IMG/VR virus record: IMGVR_UViG_3300045988_168162
Location: 64,001 to 128,000 of that record
Strand: one strand, 5' to 3'
DNA: 64,000 bases
DNA from: a virus
Part shown: positions 1-8,929 of the stretch, piece by piece
Layout of the letters: every line of letters begins with the position of its first letter
Position numbering within the stretch: position 1 is the first letter of the stretch
Translations under genes and position numbers: made by a program
The notes under the pieces: model-generated
Databases searched by the model: none
What the model was told of the DNA's origin: nothing
What the model saw: the letters and a program-made list of their open reading frames with translations, nothing else

Positions 1-68
1 TGATAGGGTAAAAGAAAAGCACCCTTAGTCCAGGATGCTGGCGGTTGCGACACTGGTCTCGCGGAGCG

Positions 69-248
69 TCACTCTCCGATGGTGTACTCGTCGGTCTGAC
101 CCCAGGCGGTGAGGTATACGGTGTCGCGTGCAATTTCGACCTGGATCTGGTTCATTGTGGCACGGTAGGTGAGCCAGGCGGTGGCCAGGACGGTGGCGGT
201 GACGAGTGCGAGGGTGAGGATGATGCGGACGATGGGGTTCATTTTCAT
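69..248 (-). CDS. small membrane protein (59 aa)
   Basis: AGGAG SD upstream of the ATG at 248; hydrophobic helix IVRIILTLALVTATVLATAWL. Confidence 0.5.
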   Translation of the reverse strand: MKMNPIVRIILTLALVTATVLATAWLTYRATMNQIQVEIARDTVYLTAWGQTDEYTIGE

Positions 249-360
249 GGCGATTTCAGGCTCCTTTCTTGGATAGAAAATGGGCATAAAAATAGCGCCC
301 GGCTTTTTAGGCAGGACGCTTTTGAGTAGTATTCGGTTTTCATTCTGATTTGGTTACAGG

Positions 361-540
361 TTAATAAACGACCAATTCACCTTTACAAATCTTTTTGATT
401 AGTTGGGTAACATTGGCGCAATTCGTCTCTTGCAAAATCGTTTCAAGCTGTTCGCCCTCTTGTTTTGTAAGAACGACATTTAGACGCTTTTTTGTGGACT
501 CATGCAGTTTTTCATCCTGCGGCACGAAATCACTCTCCAT
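361..540 (-). CDS. small ribbon-helix-helix-like protein (59 aa), paralog of 564..803
   Basis: Found by hand translation, below the ORF-track cutoff. VVLTKQEGEQLETILQETNCANVTQLIKKICKGELVV aligns with the neighbouring ORF. Confidence 0.5.
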   Translation of the reverse strand: MESDFVPQDEKLHESTKKRLNVVLTKQEGEQLETILQETNCANVTQLIKKICKGELVVY

Positions 541-563
541 TTACAATTGTATGTAAATGTAGT

Positions 564-803
564 TTATTCTGGTTTAATCACAACCAATTCACCGTTGACA
601 ATCTTTTTTACAAATTGCGAAACATTTTTGCAGTCGAAAGCTGGTAGAATTTCAGTTTCAAGTTTTTCGCCCTCTTTTGGTGCGAGAACACATGCCTTTT
701 GCCATTTATATTGCTTATTTTTGCTCCTCATCATCTCAAGAAGCTCTTCTTTGGTCATATTGTCGTAATCAATTCTTTTAGGCACAGTTCGCCCTCCATT
801 CAT
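564..803 (-). CDS. small ribbon-helix-helix-like protein, paralog of 361..540
   Basis: CVLAPKEGEKLETEILPAFDCKNVSQFVKKIVNGELVV aligns with 361..540; start codon uncertain. Confidence 0.5.
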   Translation of the reverse strand: MNGGRTVPKRIDYDNMTKEELLEMMRSKNKQYKWQKACVLAPKEGEKLETEILPAFDCKNVSQFVKKIVNGELVVIKPE

Positions 804-920
804 AGTAGTATGTAATTATGAATGTAGTCTACCATAAACGGAGAGCATTTTCAAGCCGGTTTCATTTTAGTTTCCGCTTGCAACCTGGGGCGCTATTGCA
901 TCCCAGCTCCACGGCACTAA

Positions 921-1109
921 TTAGGCGGCCTTATGGGTGTTCATCCATTCTACAAGAGCGGTCTCTGCTACTTTGCTGTAACAATAGACAACGACAATGT
1001 CCTCGCCGGGATGGATTTCACGTCGGAAATCATATTGGTATTTAACAAGCCAATCCAAAAAGAGATTGGTAAGGGGTTTTGAAGTGAAACGGCAATTGAA
1101 CTTGGCCAT
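921..1109 (-). CDS. hypothetical protein (62 aa)
   Basis: AAAGGAAG SD before ATG (MAKFN...); overlaps the upstream gene stop. Confidence 0.45.
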   Translation of the reverse strand: MAKFNCRFTSKPLTNLFLDWLVKYQYDFRREIHPGEDIVVVYCYSKVAETALVEWMNTHKAA

Positions 1110-1126
1110 GGTAATACTTCCTTTTA

Positions 1127-1588
1127 TCAATGCTTGAAAACACGAATACGATCCGGGAATCCTTTCGTATTGTCGTATAAATCAGCGGCGAAAACACTCT
1201 GATCTGCTTCAAAATCAAGGAAATCGTGCAGAGCTTCATCTTTGTCCCAGTACCCGTGAATACGGACAGGACCACAAGCGCCCGCGTATTCCTCGATAGT
1301 ATACGACGGAATGGGCTCTGCATCCTCGTCCAAATCGCACTCAATCGTGGCAAGGATTGCAATTTCCATGCAGTCGATCCACTGCGCGTTGGGGTACAGC
1401 TGTTCCGCAGTTTCGGTATCGGATTCATCCGGGCTAAACGCAAGAACACGGCGAATGTTATCATGCTGCAAATCCAGCACCTTATTTTCGGCACCACCAT
1501 TAGAGTATGCCGGAATCATCGTTTTATAGACGTTTCCGTCTACGGTTTCAAAACGGACAGGAAATAGCTGCAATTTAGAATTGTCCAC
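1127..1588 (-). CDS. acidic hypothetical protein (153 aa)
   Basis: GTG start with the same AAAGGAAGTA SD as the next gene; runs of D/E (ECDLDEDAEP, DFLDFEAD). Confidence 0.5.
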   Translation of the reverse strand: MDNSKLQLFPVRFETVDGNVYKTMIPAYSNGGAENKVLDLQHDNIRRVLAFSPDESDTETAEQLYPNAQWIDCMEIAILATIECDLDEDAEPIPSYTIEEYAGACGPVRIHGYWDKDEALHDFLDFEADQSVFAADLYDNTKGFPDRIRVFKH

Positions 1589-1654
1589 GGTGGTACTTCC
1601 TTTCTCTGGCAAGAGCCTTTTATTGTGTAGGCTTGCATAGCATTACTACATAGC

Positions 1655-1690
1655 AAAGCAAAAGCCCCGCGAATACAATCATCACGGGGC
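1655..1690 (-). terminator. rho-independent terminator (minus strand)
   Basis: GCCCCG...CGGGGC stem followed on the minus strand by TTTTGCTTTG; lies downstream of 1734..2267. Confidence 0.5.
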
Positions 1691-1733
1691 AAGTCTTGCG
1701 TGTTCGGTTTTTCGCGCTACCAACTGCGTAGCA

Positions 1734-2267
1734 TTAGCGGATCGTGCCACCGTCCAGGTAGAAGCCCACCTTATCGGTGACGGTTACGCGGCGGCCATTC
1801 ATTTCGACGGTTGCGCCGTACTGTTCAATTGTAGCAAGGCGATATTCGGCACAATTGCCATGCTGGCGGCTCTTAAACTTCATGCCGCGCTTGCGAATAA
1901 CGCTTGTCTGTTCACCGCGCCAGATAGCGGCGGCGCTGTTTTGGCGTACCTTGCGGACTTCTTCGGCACGGGCTTTTTCTAGAGCGGATACCTTTACCGG
2001 CGGCATAGATACCCAGCGGCCAAGGATCTGACGCACAGTTTCCGCGCTTTTCGACTCTTTACAAGCCGACCAAAACAAGGGATTGTTAACGGAAGGGCGG
2101 CGGAATGACATGAAGCCCTTGTACATGGTTTTGTCCGTAACATAAGGGCCTTTTTCGTCAACGCCGTACACTTCGCCCGGCTTGACTTGCGTACCTTGCC
2201 AGTACATGAGCTGGACACACTCGCGCGGGGCACGCATTGCCTGGTTGCGCTGGTTCTTTTTTGCCAT
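1734..2267 (-). CDS. basic hypothetical protein (177 aa)
   Basis: Long ORF; start taken at MAKKNQRNQ. Confidence 0.5.
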   Translation of the reverse strand: MAKKNQRNQAMRAPRECVQLMYWQGTQVKPGEVYGVDEKGPYVTDKTMYKGFMSFRRPSVNNPLFWSACKESKSAETVRQILGRWVSMPPVKVSALEKARAEEVRKVRQNSAAAIWRGEQTSVIRKRGMKFKSRQHGNCAEYRLATIEQYGATVEMNGRRVTVTDKVGFYLDGGTIR

Positions 2268-2289
2268 TCTTAAACACTTCCAATCCACG

Positions 2290-2830
2290 ATATTTTAGAT
2301 GTGCGGTTTTTCGCCGCTTGCTTTTGCAAATTCCGCTTCCCGCGCTCTTGCGCACGGGCGGCGGTTATATAAGCAACGGCGCGGCTTTACACCAGCGCGG
2401 ATATGTAAAAGCGTACACTTTGCCCCTTGCTTAAACCCGGCGAACATGGTATAATACCTATGTGTAAAAACACTTTCCGGGCGAGGGGCGGCACACCGGC
2501 CGCGCGGTTTTCGCTGGCCGTTGCTTTTGCCCTGTTTCCATTCTTCACATAGCCATTGCGGTTTTTGGCTGGTACACTTTCCGGGCGGAATTGTCGCGGC
2601 CCTTTTTGTCCCGCGCTATGTGAAGCGGCTGTTTTAAGTTGTCAATGTACTATACCTTTGCTTGCTAGGGGTTTAAGCCTTTACGGCTGGCCATGTTGCC
2701 CTTTATGGGCGGCGCTGAAACTTTCCTTGCGTGTTCCCGGTTGCGCGTGTATCCGTGCGGCGCACGGTATCGGACGCGGTATGTAGTGCAACCATTTGCC
2801 GCCCTTTACCGCGGGCGGCGGCGGTATGTA
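2290..2830. repeat. GC-rich repeat-rich non-coding spacer (iteron-like)
   Basis: GCGGTTTT(T)CGC..TTGCTTTTGC appears about 3 times, ACACTTTCCGGGCG-like about 4 times, GCGGTATGTAGT twice; no credible ORF. Confidence 0.5.
2427..2455 (+). promoter_or_regulatory. sigma70-type promoter with extended -10
   Basis: TTGCTT, 17 nt spacer, TGgTATAAT; points into the non-coding repeat region. Confidence 0.45.
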
Positions 2831-2831
2831 G

Positions 2832-3470
2832 TTAAGCGGCGGCGGCTTCCTTTACGGGGGCGGCGGTTTTTGCTTCCTTGGCGGCCTTGGCGGCTTCCTT
2901 CTTTGCTTTTGCGGCGGCCTTGCGTGCGGCTTTATCGGCCATAAATGCGGCGCTATCCATGACGGCCACATTATTGATACGATTGTAGACGTATGTTTCA
3001 AGAGCTTCAGAAGCGGCGGCAGTTGCGGCGGTATCGTTCAAAAGGTTAACACGTCCAACGCGTACGCCGTCCACGTCCCGCGCCGTGCCATTGATAGCGG
3101 CGGGCAAAATAGCGGTTGCAATACGAGCGGCGGCGGCGGCGGTTTTTTCGCCTTCCTTGACATTAAAGGCAATTGCAAGGCCGTCCGCTTTATTGGCGGC
3201 AAAAAAGAAACAATAGTCTTTTGCGGCGGTGGTCAGGGCGGCGGCGGTTGTCTTGATTGTTTCAGGTTCACCAGTGATAGCGGCGGCGCGATAATCGGCG
3301 GCGGCAGTGATGACCTTTGCAAGGGCGGCGCGGTATGCCTTGACGGCTTCACGCGCGGCGGCGGTTGCGCCTTCCTGGTTGTCAAGCGCGGCGGCGATGA
3401 TTTTTGCATTGATAGGCTTGTGTGCTTCATGGGCGGCGGTCAATGCGCGGCGGTATTCGTTAGCGGTCAT
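2832..3470 (-). CDS. alanine-rich hypothetical protein (212 aa)
   Basis: AAGGAAG SD; strongly Ala/Lys-rich with a lysine/alanine tail; GC-rich codons. Confidence 0.55.
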   Translation of the reverse strand: MTANEYRRALTAAHEAHKPINAKIIAAALDNQEGATAAAREAVKAYRAALAKVITAAADYRAAAITGEPETIKTTAAALTTAAKDYCFFFAANKADGLAIAFNVKEGEKTAAAAARIATAILPAAINGTARDVDGVRVGRVNLLNDTAATAAASEALETYVYNRINNVAVMDSAAFMADKAARKAAAKAKKEAAKAAKEAKTAAPVKEAAAA

Positions 3471-3707
3471 AGTGTGTACTTCCTTTCATGTGTTGTGTGT
3501 TGTGGTGAATTGTCAAGCGCGGGCTGTTCTGCTTGTTCCCCGTGTTTGATTGTAGCTGTATTGTAGCACGTAGGAAATGCCATTACCATGCACAAAACGC
3601 GTAAGTTTGCAAAGCTGCAAAAACGGCGATAATACGAAAGAAAATATATAAAAAGGGCACGGGGGACATGCACTATTGTTGCATGCGTTACGTGTTATAG
3701 GTGTGTC

Positions 3708-3920
3708 ATGCCAAAAACAAGTATAAAAAAATTAGCATCAAACAAAAAATATAACGATAAAGCGACGGATACCATAACAATAAGACTACAAAAAAAAGAC
3801 ATAGTCAATAAAGACAGTATCCGTATGTGGGCGGAAAACGCAGGTATTAGCATAAATAAATACGTTGTAACGGCAATATTTGAGAAGCACGCAAGGGATG
3901 AAGAAGCGCAAAAAATGTAA
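3708..3920 (+). CDS. ribbon-helix-helix (Arc/CopG-like) protein
   Basis: ITIRLQKKD...WAENAGISINKYVVTAI pattern; AT-rich; paralog of the next gene. Confidence 0.5.
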   Translation: MPKTSIKKLASNKKYNDKATDTITIRLQKKDIVNKDSIRMWAENAGISINKYVVTAIFEKHARDEEAQKM

Positions 3921-3932
3921 AGGCGCATAATC

Positions 3933-4139
3933 ATGCGAAAAAAGCAGAACAAAACAAGCGCAAAAAAATTGGCTACAAATCAGCGTTATATCGACGAAAA
4001 AACAGATAAAATACAAGCGAATTTGCCACGCGGATATGCTGATAAACTGAATAAAATTGCAGAATCAGCCGGTACGAGCAAGGCGCAAGTGCTTAAAAAT
4101 TGCATAGATACGGCATATAATGCGTTATTTGATGAATGA
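3933..4139 (+). CDS. ribbon-helix-helix (Arc/CopG-like) protein
   Basis: KIQANLPRGYADKLNKIAESAGTSKAQVLKNCI; the N-terminus KKLA(S/T)N(K/Q)(K/R)Y is shared with 3708..3920. Confidence 0.5.
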   Translation: MRKKQNKTSAKKLATNQRYIDEKTDKIQANLPRGYADKLNKIAESAGTSKAQVLKNCIDTAYNALFDE

Positions 4140-4911
4140 ATATATGCAAGGCGTGGGCGGCACACGGGCCACGGTATCCGGGCATATAAGGAACGCGCGA
4201 ACATTATATAGTAGTGAGAAACAATATATCGAAAAACGATAAATGTGTTGCCGTGGCAACAACTGGTAAAATATGGTAGTATGTTGTAGATACAACAAAC
4301 TGTGTATATTGTCTATATACAGTTATAAATATAACCATTAGCCGATACCAACTAACATAGTAGGTTATAGCAAAAAACAGGCCCACGGCCCACGCAATAC
4401 AGCCGCCCACGCTGTACAGCGTACAAGTCCGCGCCGCTATGTTACCGCCCTATACTATGCAAAAGATTTGAAGTTTTTTGCATAGTGCATTTTTTAGCGA
4501 TAATACGTGTAAAAAGTGCCATACAATGGGGCGGGGGATGGTTAAAAATCCGGATCGGTTTTACTCTTTACTATTAAGGTAAGTAGTCCATTCTAACTCT
4601 CGGCTCTCATTTCTGGCTCTCATTTCGCCAAACCATCCAGCATCCCAGTCCGCGTCCCAGATCCAGCATTTTCCTTCGGCCCACCGCTTCGGCAATTCCA
4701 CGCTCCACCGTCCAAAATCACCGTTTCAAAACGCCTTCAAAACCATAAATTCCGGCCTATTTTTGCATCAAAATGATCAATTTCAGCCCATTTTCAACAA
4801 AAAACAGCGCATTTTCGTTCATTTTGCAGTAGCACCGCTCCATGCGGTCCCGAAAACGCCCTGCGAGGCCACTTTTACGCCTTTCAGGGGCATATTTTTT
4901 CGCGATTTCTA

Positions 4912-4940
4912 TTGACGTGCCGTTAAATGTAGTGTATAAT
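4912..4940 (+). promoter_or_regulatory. sigma70-type promoter upstream of the integrase
   Basis: TTGACG, 17 nt spacer, TATAAT. Confidence 0.5.
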
Positions 4941-5007
4941 ATAGTTACGGAAACGAAAAAGCGCCGCAAAATACCGCTAATGCACACAGACTAAGGAGTT
5001 CCACACT

Positions 5008-5904
5008 ATGAAACGCTCTAATAAGCTCGTCGCCGCCACTAATGCAGCCAATGAATCCAAAATTCAGGCTTTGACAGCCATGTTGCTCCGCGCCAAGACC
5101 CAGGATGAGCGTTCTGTGTTGATTGAGGCTTTGGCAGAAGCCAATAATATGAACATCGTAGTGGGTGGCGCCCATAAGACCCCGGTCAGGAGCCATGACC
5201 GCTGTTTGACTTTGTCGCCATATAAGTCCAACGGTGCCCGCAAAGCTACCGCAGCCGAGCCCATCCGCAATCAGGATGATTTCCGCGCAATTGGCAACTA
5301 CCTGCTGACCCACGGCAACGAACGAAACCGGCAGCGCAACTATACCTTATATATATGTGGTATTACGCTTGGCCTACGAGTAGGGGACTTGCTGAATCTG
5401 ACCATTGGCGATGTGTATGATCTGGCAGAGGCATCTGTTCGCGGCCATCTTCAGATCATCAACCAGAAAACGCACAAGCGCACAACTGATCTGATAACTC
5501 CAATGGCCGCCAATGCAATTACTGATTTGGTCAATGAGATCCGCACAGCACAGAGCGGCGTGCTGGATGCCAGTTGGCCGTTGTTCCAGAGCCAAAAGTG
5601 GTGCCGCGCCGGTGGTATGACTAAGAAGCTTTCCAAAAGCCAAGTTTATCGGTTTTTGACAGAGGCTGCTAAGGCATGTGAAGTTCAAGGCCATATCAGT
5701 ACGCATAGTATGCGCAAGACCTATGGTTATGCTGCTAATAGTACACTAAGCCAGAGCGGAGTACCGGCAGCACAGATCATGGAGACCCTGCAGGCCAAAT
5801 TCCGCCATAGTGACCAGACTACAACAATGCGTTATATCGGTTTGCAACAGGAACAGATTGACGCAACCGCACTTAGTGTTGATGCCGCATTGGGCGGCTT
5901 ATAA
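5008..5904 (+). CDS. int: tyrosine recombinase / phage integrase
   Basis: AAGGAG SD; C-terminal HSMRKTYG and RHSDQTTTMRYIG (H-x-x-R ... H ... Y catalytic pattern). Confidence 0.85.
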   Translation: MKRSNKLVAATNAANESKIQALTAMLLRAKTQDERSVLIEALAEANNMNIVVGGAHKTPVRSHDRCLTLSPYKSNGARKATAAEPIRNQDDFRAIGNYLLTHGNERNRQRNYTLYICGITLGLRVGDLLNLTIGDVYDLAEASVRGHLQIINQKTHKRTTDLITPMAANAITDLVNEIRTAQSGVLDASWPLFQSQKWCRAGGMTKKLSKSQVYRFLTEAAKACEVQGHISTHSMRKTYGYAANSTLSQSGVPAAQIMETLQAKFRHSDQTTTMRYIGLQQEQIDATALSVDAALGGL

Positions 5905-5963
5905 ATTCAGGCTACAATTAACGGCACATAAATATTATAAATGTATGATAAGAGGTTTTAACA

Positions 5964-6227
5964 ATGAGCAATACACAAACAACCGTCAGTACACTTTCGC
6001 CAGCTGCCAAGGACTTTATCAACCGCAATCGGCCGGGATTCCGCGCTGATATGCGCCACTTAATGATCACATTCATTGATGACATTGTAGACTTTGCGGA
6101 CGCGCACCATGTGGACCGCGAAACTACGATGCTGGAGGTAGGGCAGCAGCTGCGGATGATACCGAGCTATGCGGATCTGACGAGATATCGGCCAACTCCG
6201 TTAGATGACGATGCTCCGCAGGATTGA
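5964..6227 (+). CDS. hypothetical protein
   Basis: ORF directly after the integrase; overlaps the next gene by 4 nt. Confidence 0.45.
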   Translation: MSNTQTTVSTLSPAAKDFINRNRPGFRADMRHLMITFIDDIVDFADAHHVDRETTMLEVGQQLRMIPSYADLTRYRPTPLDDDAPQD

Positions 6228-6472
6228 TGCTGCGCACCAGAGAGGTTCTACCAGAAATGATTACATATAATGGTGCACCCGTTATGGGCAGACATGTCGG
6301 CCTGCATGCCGTTACATTGGAAGATAGCAACCCGTATGAAGTGATTTACCATGTACGGCGCTGGATGAACATGATTGACGATAAGCGCGAAATTGATATT
6401 CAGAACATCACGCAGATTGCGGATGACCGCCGTGTCTACACAACGATTTGGTATACCGAGGTGGCGCGATGA
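6224..6472 (+). CDS. hypothetical protein
   Basis: ATGA overlap with the upstream ORF. Confidence 0.45.
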   Translation: MMLRTREVLPEMITYNGAPVMGRHVGLHAVTLEDSNPYEVIYHVRRWMNMIDDKREIDIQNITQIADDRRVYTTIWYTEVAR

Positions 6473-6595
6473 GATCGATTGATGCAAGCGCTGAGAACCG
6501 TTCACTGGAGCGTGCTGCGGTGACAACAGCCCATATGTCGCGGGTTTCGTAGATGGTGATTGCTGCTGTGGCGACTGGAAAGCGAGGCTAAAGAA

Positions 6596-7339
6596 GTGAC
6601 AACTATACTGACCAATATCCTGATATTTATTGTCGCAACCATAGTGTTTGTGCGGACATCAGGCCAGACACATGAGATTTATAAGCTACCCGGACTTTTA
6701 ATGCCATCAATACTGTCTGCGGCGTGTCTCGTTTTAGCTAGCATTAGCTCCATTGCTTATACGTATACCGAGTATCGCGTGGCTGCGGAACTCTTTAAGA
6801 ACGAGGGTAAAGAAGACTCCAATATGTTTGCTTTTGCGCTTATCGTATGCGCCGTTATTTGTGGCTTAACTATTTGCGTCTTCATATTTTGTTACGACAA
6901 CTTCCCGCTCGTAGAACTGCTTGCCTATCACAAACAGGTAGACAGTGCTTTTGACAACATCCCGCGTATTCCATACAGTACATTTAAAAAAATGTATAAG
7001 CTGCACCCTGAGAATTTCAAATTTATCGATTCGCAGATTTACTTTCCTTCTTATGGGTTTGAATATCGCGGTAAGAGGTTTTCTCTAAACTTTCTGGACT
7101 TTATGCGGGCGCTAAGCCTGGTCGATGAGCATATAACAGAAAAGGACTTAGCGCACGAAAGGGCCAAGCGGGTCAAAAAATATGAAGAGCAGGCAAAGCT
7201 TTACGCCATGATGCGCGATGACCTAGCCCGCGACCTTGCCGCCATAGAAAAGCAGAAGGTAGATGCCTATGACAAAATCAAAACATCTACAGATAACATC
7301 AACGAGATAGCCAGAAGGCTGACAAAGGAGGCGCACTGA
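6596..7339 (+). CDS. membrane protein with C-terminal coiled coil
   Basis: 3-4 hydrophobic helices followed by a charged helical tail; start uncertain (GTG at 6596 after GAGG). Confidence 0.5.
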   Translation: MTTILTNILIFIVATIVFVRTSGQTHEIYKLPGLLMPSILSAACLVLASISSIAYTYTEYRVAAELFKNEGKEDSNMFAFALIVCAVICGLTICVFIFCYDNFPLVELLAYHKQVDSAFDNIPRIPYSTFKKMYKLHPENFKFIDSQIYFPSYGFEYRGKRFSLNFLDFMRALSLVDEHITEKDLAHERAKRVKKYEEQAKLYAMMRDDLARDLAAIEKQKVDAYDKIKTSTDNINEIARRLTKEAH

Positions 7340-7518
7340 TGGCACGAATTGTATTAGACGAACGACCTATTGGCTGCTGGGATTGCCCGTTCTATGCCTT
7401 ATTCGATTGCAGGTATTACAGAGACGACCAGATCTTTCCGGGATATTGCGAGTATATTACCACACCGGATGAACTTAAAGAAGAAAGAAAACACTATATA
7501 GAGGAGGTGCTCGACTAA
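7339..7518 (+). CDS. small Cys-rich protein (59 aa)
   Basis: ATGA overlap upstream and TAATG overlap downstream; CWDCPF...C...C. Confidence 0.45.
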   Translation: MARIVLDERPIGCWDCPFYALFDCRYYRDDQIFPGYCEYITTPDELKEERKHYIEEVLD

Positions 7519-7925
7519 TGGATGCACTACAATTCTTAAAAACGGCCAAGCGCATGTGCAACAAGCGCGGTCAATGCACCTGCTGCCCAATACACGATTT
7601 TTGCAACAATAACTTTAGCGAATGCTCAGATGCTTTGTTCCTTGACACAATAAAGGCTGTTGAACAATACAATAAGGACCATCCGGCCAAAGAGACCCGC
7701 AAAGACCGTCTGCTGCGCTCCCTTCCAACTTCGCCCATTAACGCCAATGGCGACCCGGATCTTTGCCCAGAAGATTATGGTGAAAATAATTATTACGATA
7801 ACGGATTGTTCCCTTGTGAGATTTTCAAAAGCGATTGCGCTACCTGCAAGCATGAATACTGGTCAGAAGAACCACATGGGCCAGCATATTGGGACAAGTA
7901 TTGGGAGGAAGACTATGGACGCTAA
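7518..7925 (+). CDS. Cys-rich paralog 1 (MDAxxFLK family)
   Basis: Shares MDALQFLK...VEQ(W/Y)...P.KETR...C-x2-C-K-x-EYW-x-EE with the next three genes. Confidence 0.6.
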   Translation: MDALQFLKTAKRMCNKRGQCTCCPIHDFCNNNFSECSDALFLDTIKAVEQYNKDHPAKETRKDRLLRSLPTSPINANGDPDLCPEDYGENNYYDNGLFPCEIFKSDCATCKHEYWSEEPHGPAYWDKYWEEDYGR

Positions 7926-8262
7926 AGAATTTTTGAAGTGTTTTATACGATATTGTAATAATACATCGTGTGATGACTGTGTGATGATTGCAGACGGGTG
8001 TTATCCCGGTGCAATTACGGATATTGATCGGCTGATTGATAAAGTCGAACAGTGGGGCAAAAACAACCCGCTTCCGCGCAAGGTTATTCGTCAGGACAGA
8101 ATGCTTGAACAGTTTCCATACGCCCCGCTTGATAAAAACGGCGTCATTGATCAATGCCCAGATTATCCGACCTATGGATTTTCGAGCGCACGATGCAAGA
8201 AATACAGCAATGATTGCTACGCTTGCCGTAAGGCATATTGGCTAGAGGAGATTGATGAGTAA
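7915..8262 (+). CDS. Cys-rich paralog 2 (MDAxxFLK family)
   Basis: MDAKEFLK start inside the 7660..8262 ORF; VEQWGKNNP ... CYACRKAYWLEE. Confidence 0.6.
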   Translation: MDAKEFLKCFIRYCNNTSCDDCVMIADGCYPGAITDIDRLIDKVEQWGKNNPLPRKVIRQDRMLEQFPYAPLDKNGVIDQCPDYPTYGFSSARCKKYSNDCYACRKAYWLEEIDE

Positions 8263-8579
8263 TGGACGCTGTTGAATTTCTGAAACTGCGCCGCCGCTAT
8301 TTCAATGAAAGCGGTTGGAATCCTAACATGCCCGACGGCTCCAGCCCTTACGCTGATGATGAAACTATCGAACGGTACGTTGCAAGAGTTGAACAATGGG
8401 GCAGAGAGCATCCAAAAGAAACACGGCAGAGCAAATTTTTGAAATTGTTCCCGGATGCGCCTATCGTTGATGGAACAATTCTGGTCTGTCCGAAGATTAT
8501 CGACAATGGCTGGAAACAACCTTGCGACAGAATGGATTGCCATAAATGCCGCGAAAAATATTGGAAGGAGATTTACTGA
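8262..8579 (+). CDS. paralog 3 (MDAxxFLK family; N-terminal Cys cluster lost)
   Basis: MDAVEFLK ... VEQWGREHPKETRQSKFLKLFP ... CHKCREKYWKE. Confidence 0.6.
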   Translation: MDAVEFLKLRRRYFNESGWNPNMPDGSSPYADDETIERYVARVEQWGREHPKETRQSKFLKLFPDAPIVDGTILVCPKIIDNGWKQPCDRMDCHKCREKYWKEIY

Positions 8580-8929
8580 TGGATGCAGTTGAATTTGTTA
8601 AGACGGTAAACAGGTTATGCAAAAATCTACGCTGCAAGGAATGTCCTGTTTATAAAGAGGGAATATGCACGGTTGGGTTCGACGACTATTCAGTTAAAAG
8701 CATTAAGGAAACAGTTTCAAAAGTCGAGCAATGGGCAAAAGACTATCCAGTCAAAACCAGGCAGGACGAGTTCTTGAAACTGTTTCCCAATGCCAGAATA
8801 GATAATTGTGGAATTTTGGACATTCGCCCTTGTTGTATTGAAGTTAGCCTTTGCGGTAAATGTGACCTGAGAAACTGCGATGGTTGCCGCCGCGAATACT
8901 GGCTTGAGGAGGTGACCGACAATGACTAA
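8579..8929 (+). CDS. Cys-rich paralog 4 (MDAxxFLK family)
   Basis: MDAVEFVK ... VEQWAKDYPVKTRQDEFLKLFP ... CDGCRREYWLEE; TGATG overlap. Confidence 0.6.
   Translation: MDAVEFVKTVNRLCKNLRCKECPVYKEGICTVGFDDYSVKSIKETVSKVEQWAKDYPVKTRQDEFLKLFPNARIDNCGILDIRPCCIEVSLCGKCDLRNCDGCRREYWLEEVTDND

Noticed and set aside
2556-2944. ORFs 2556..2786 and 2693..2944 in the GC-rich spacer
   Set aside because: The translations are Arg/Cys/Pro/Leu-rich low-complexity sequence, there is no SD, and they overlap the repeat units. These are probably non-coding.
3695-4410. Minus-strand ORFs 3695..3952, 3786..4016, 3986..4204 and 4204..4410
   Set aside because: They are AT-rich shadow frames opposite the RHH genes or lie in the intergenic region. 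The translations are Phe/Ile/Leu-rich and have no SD.
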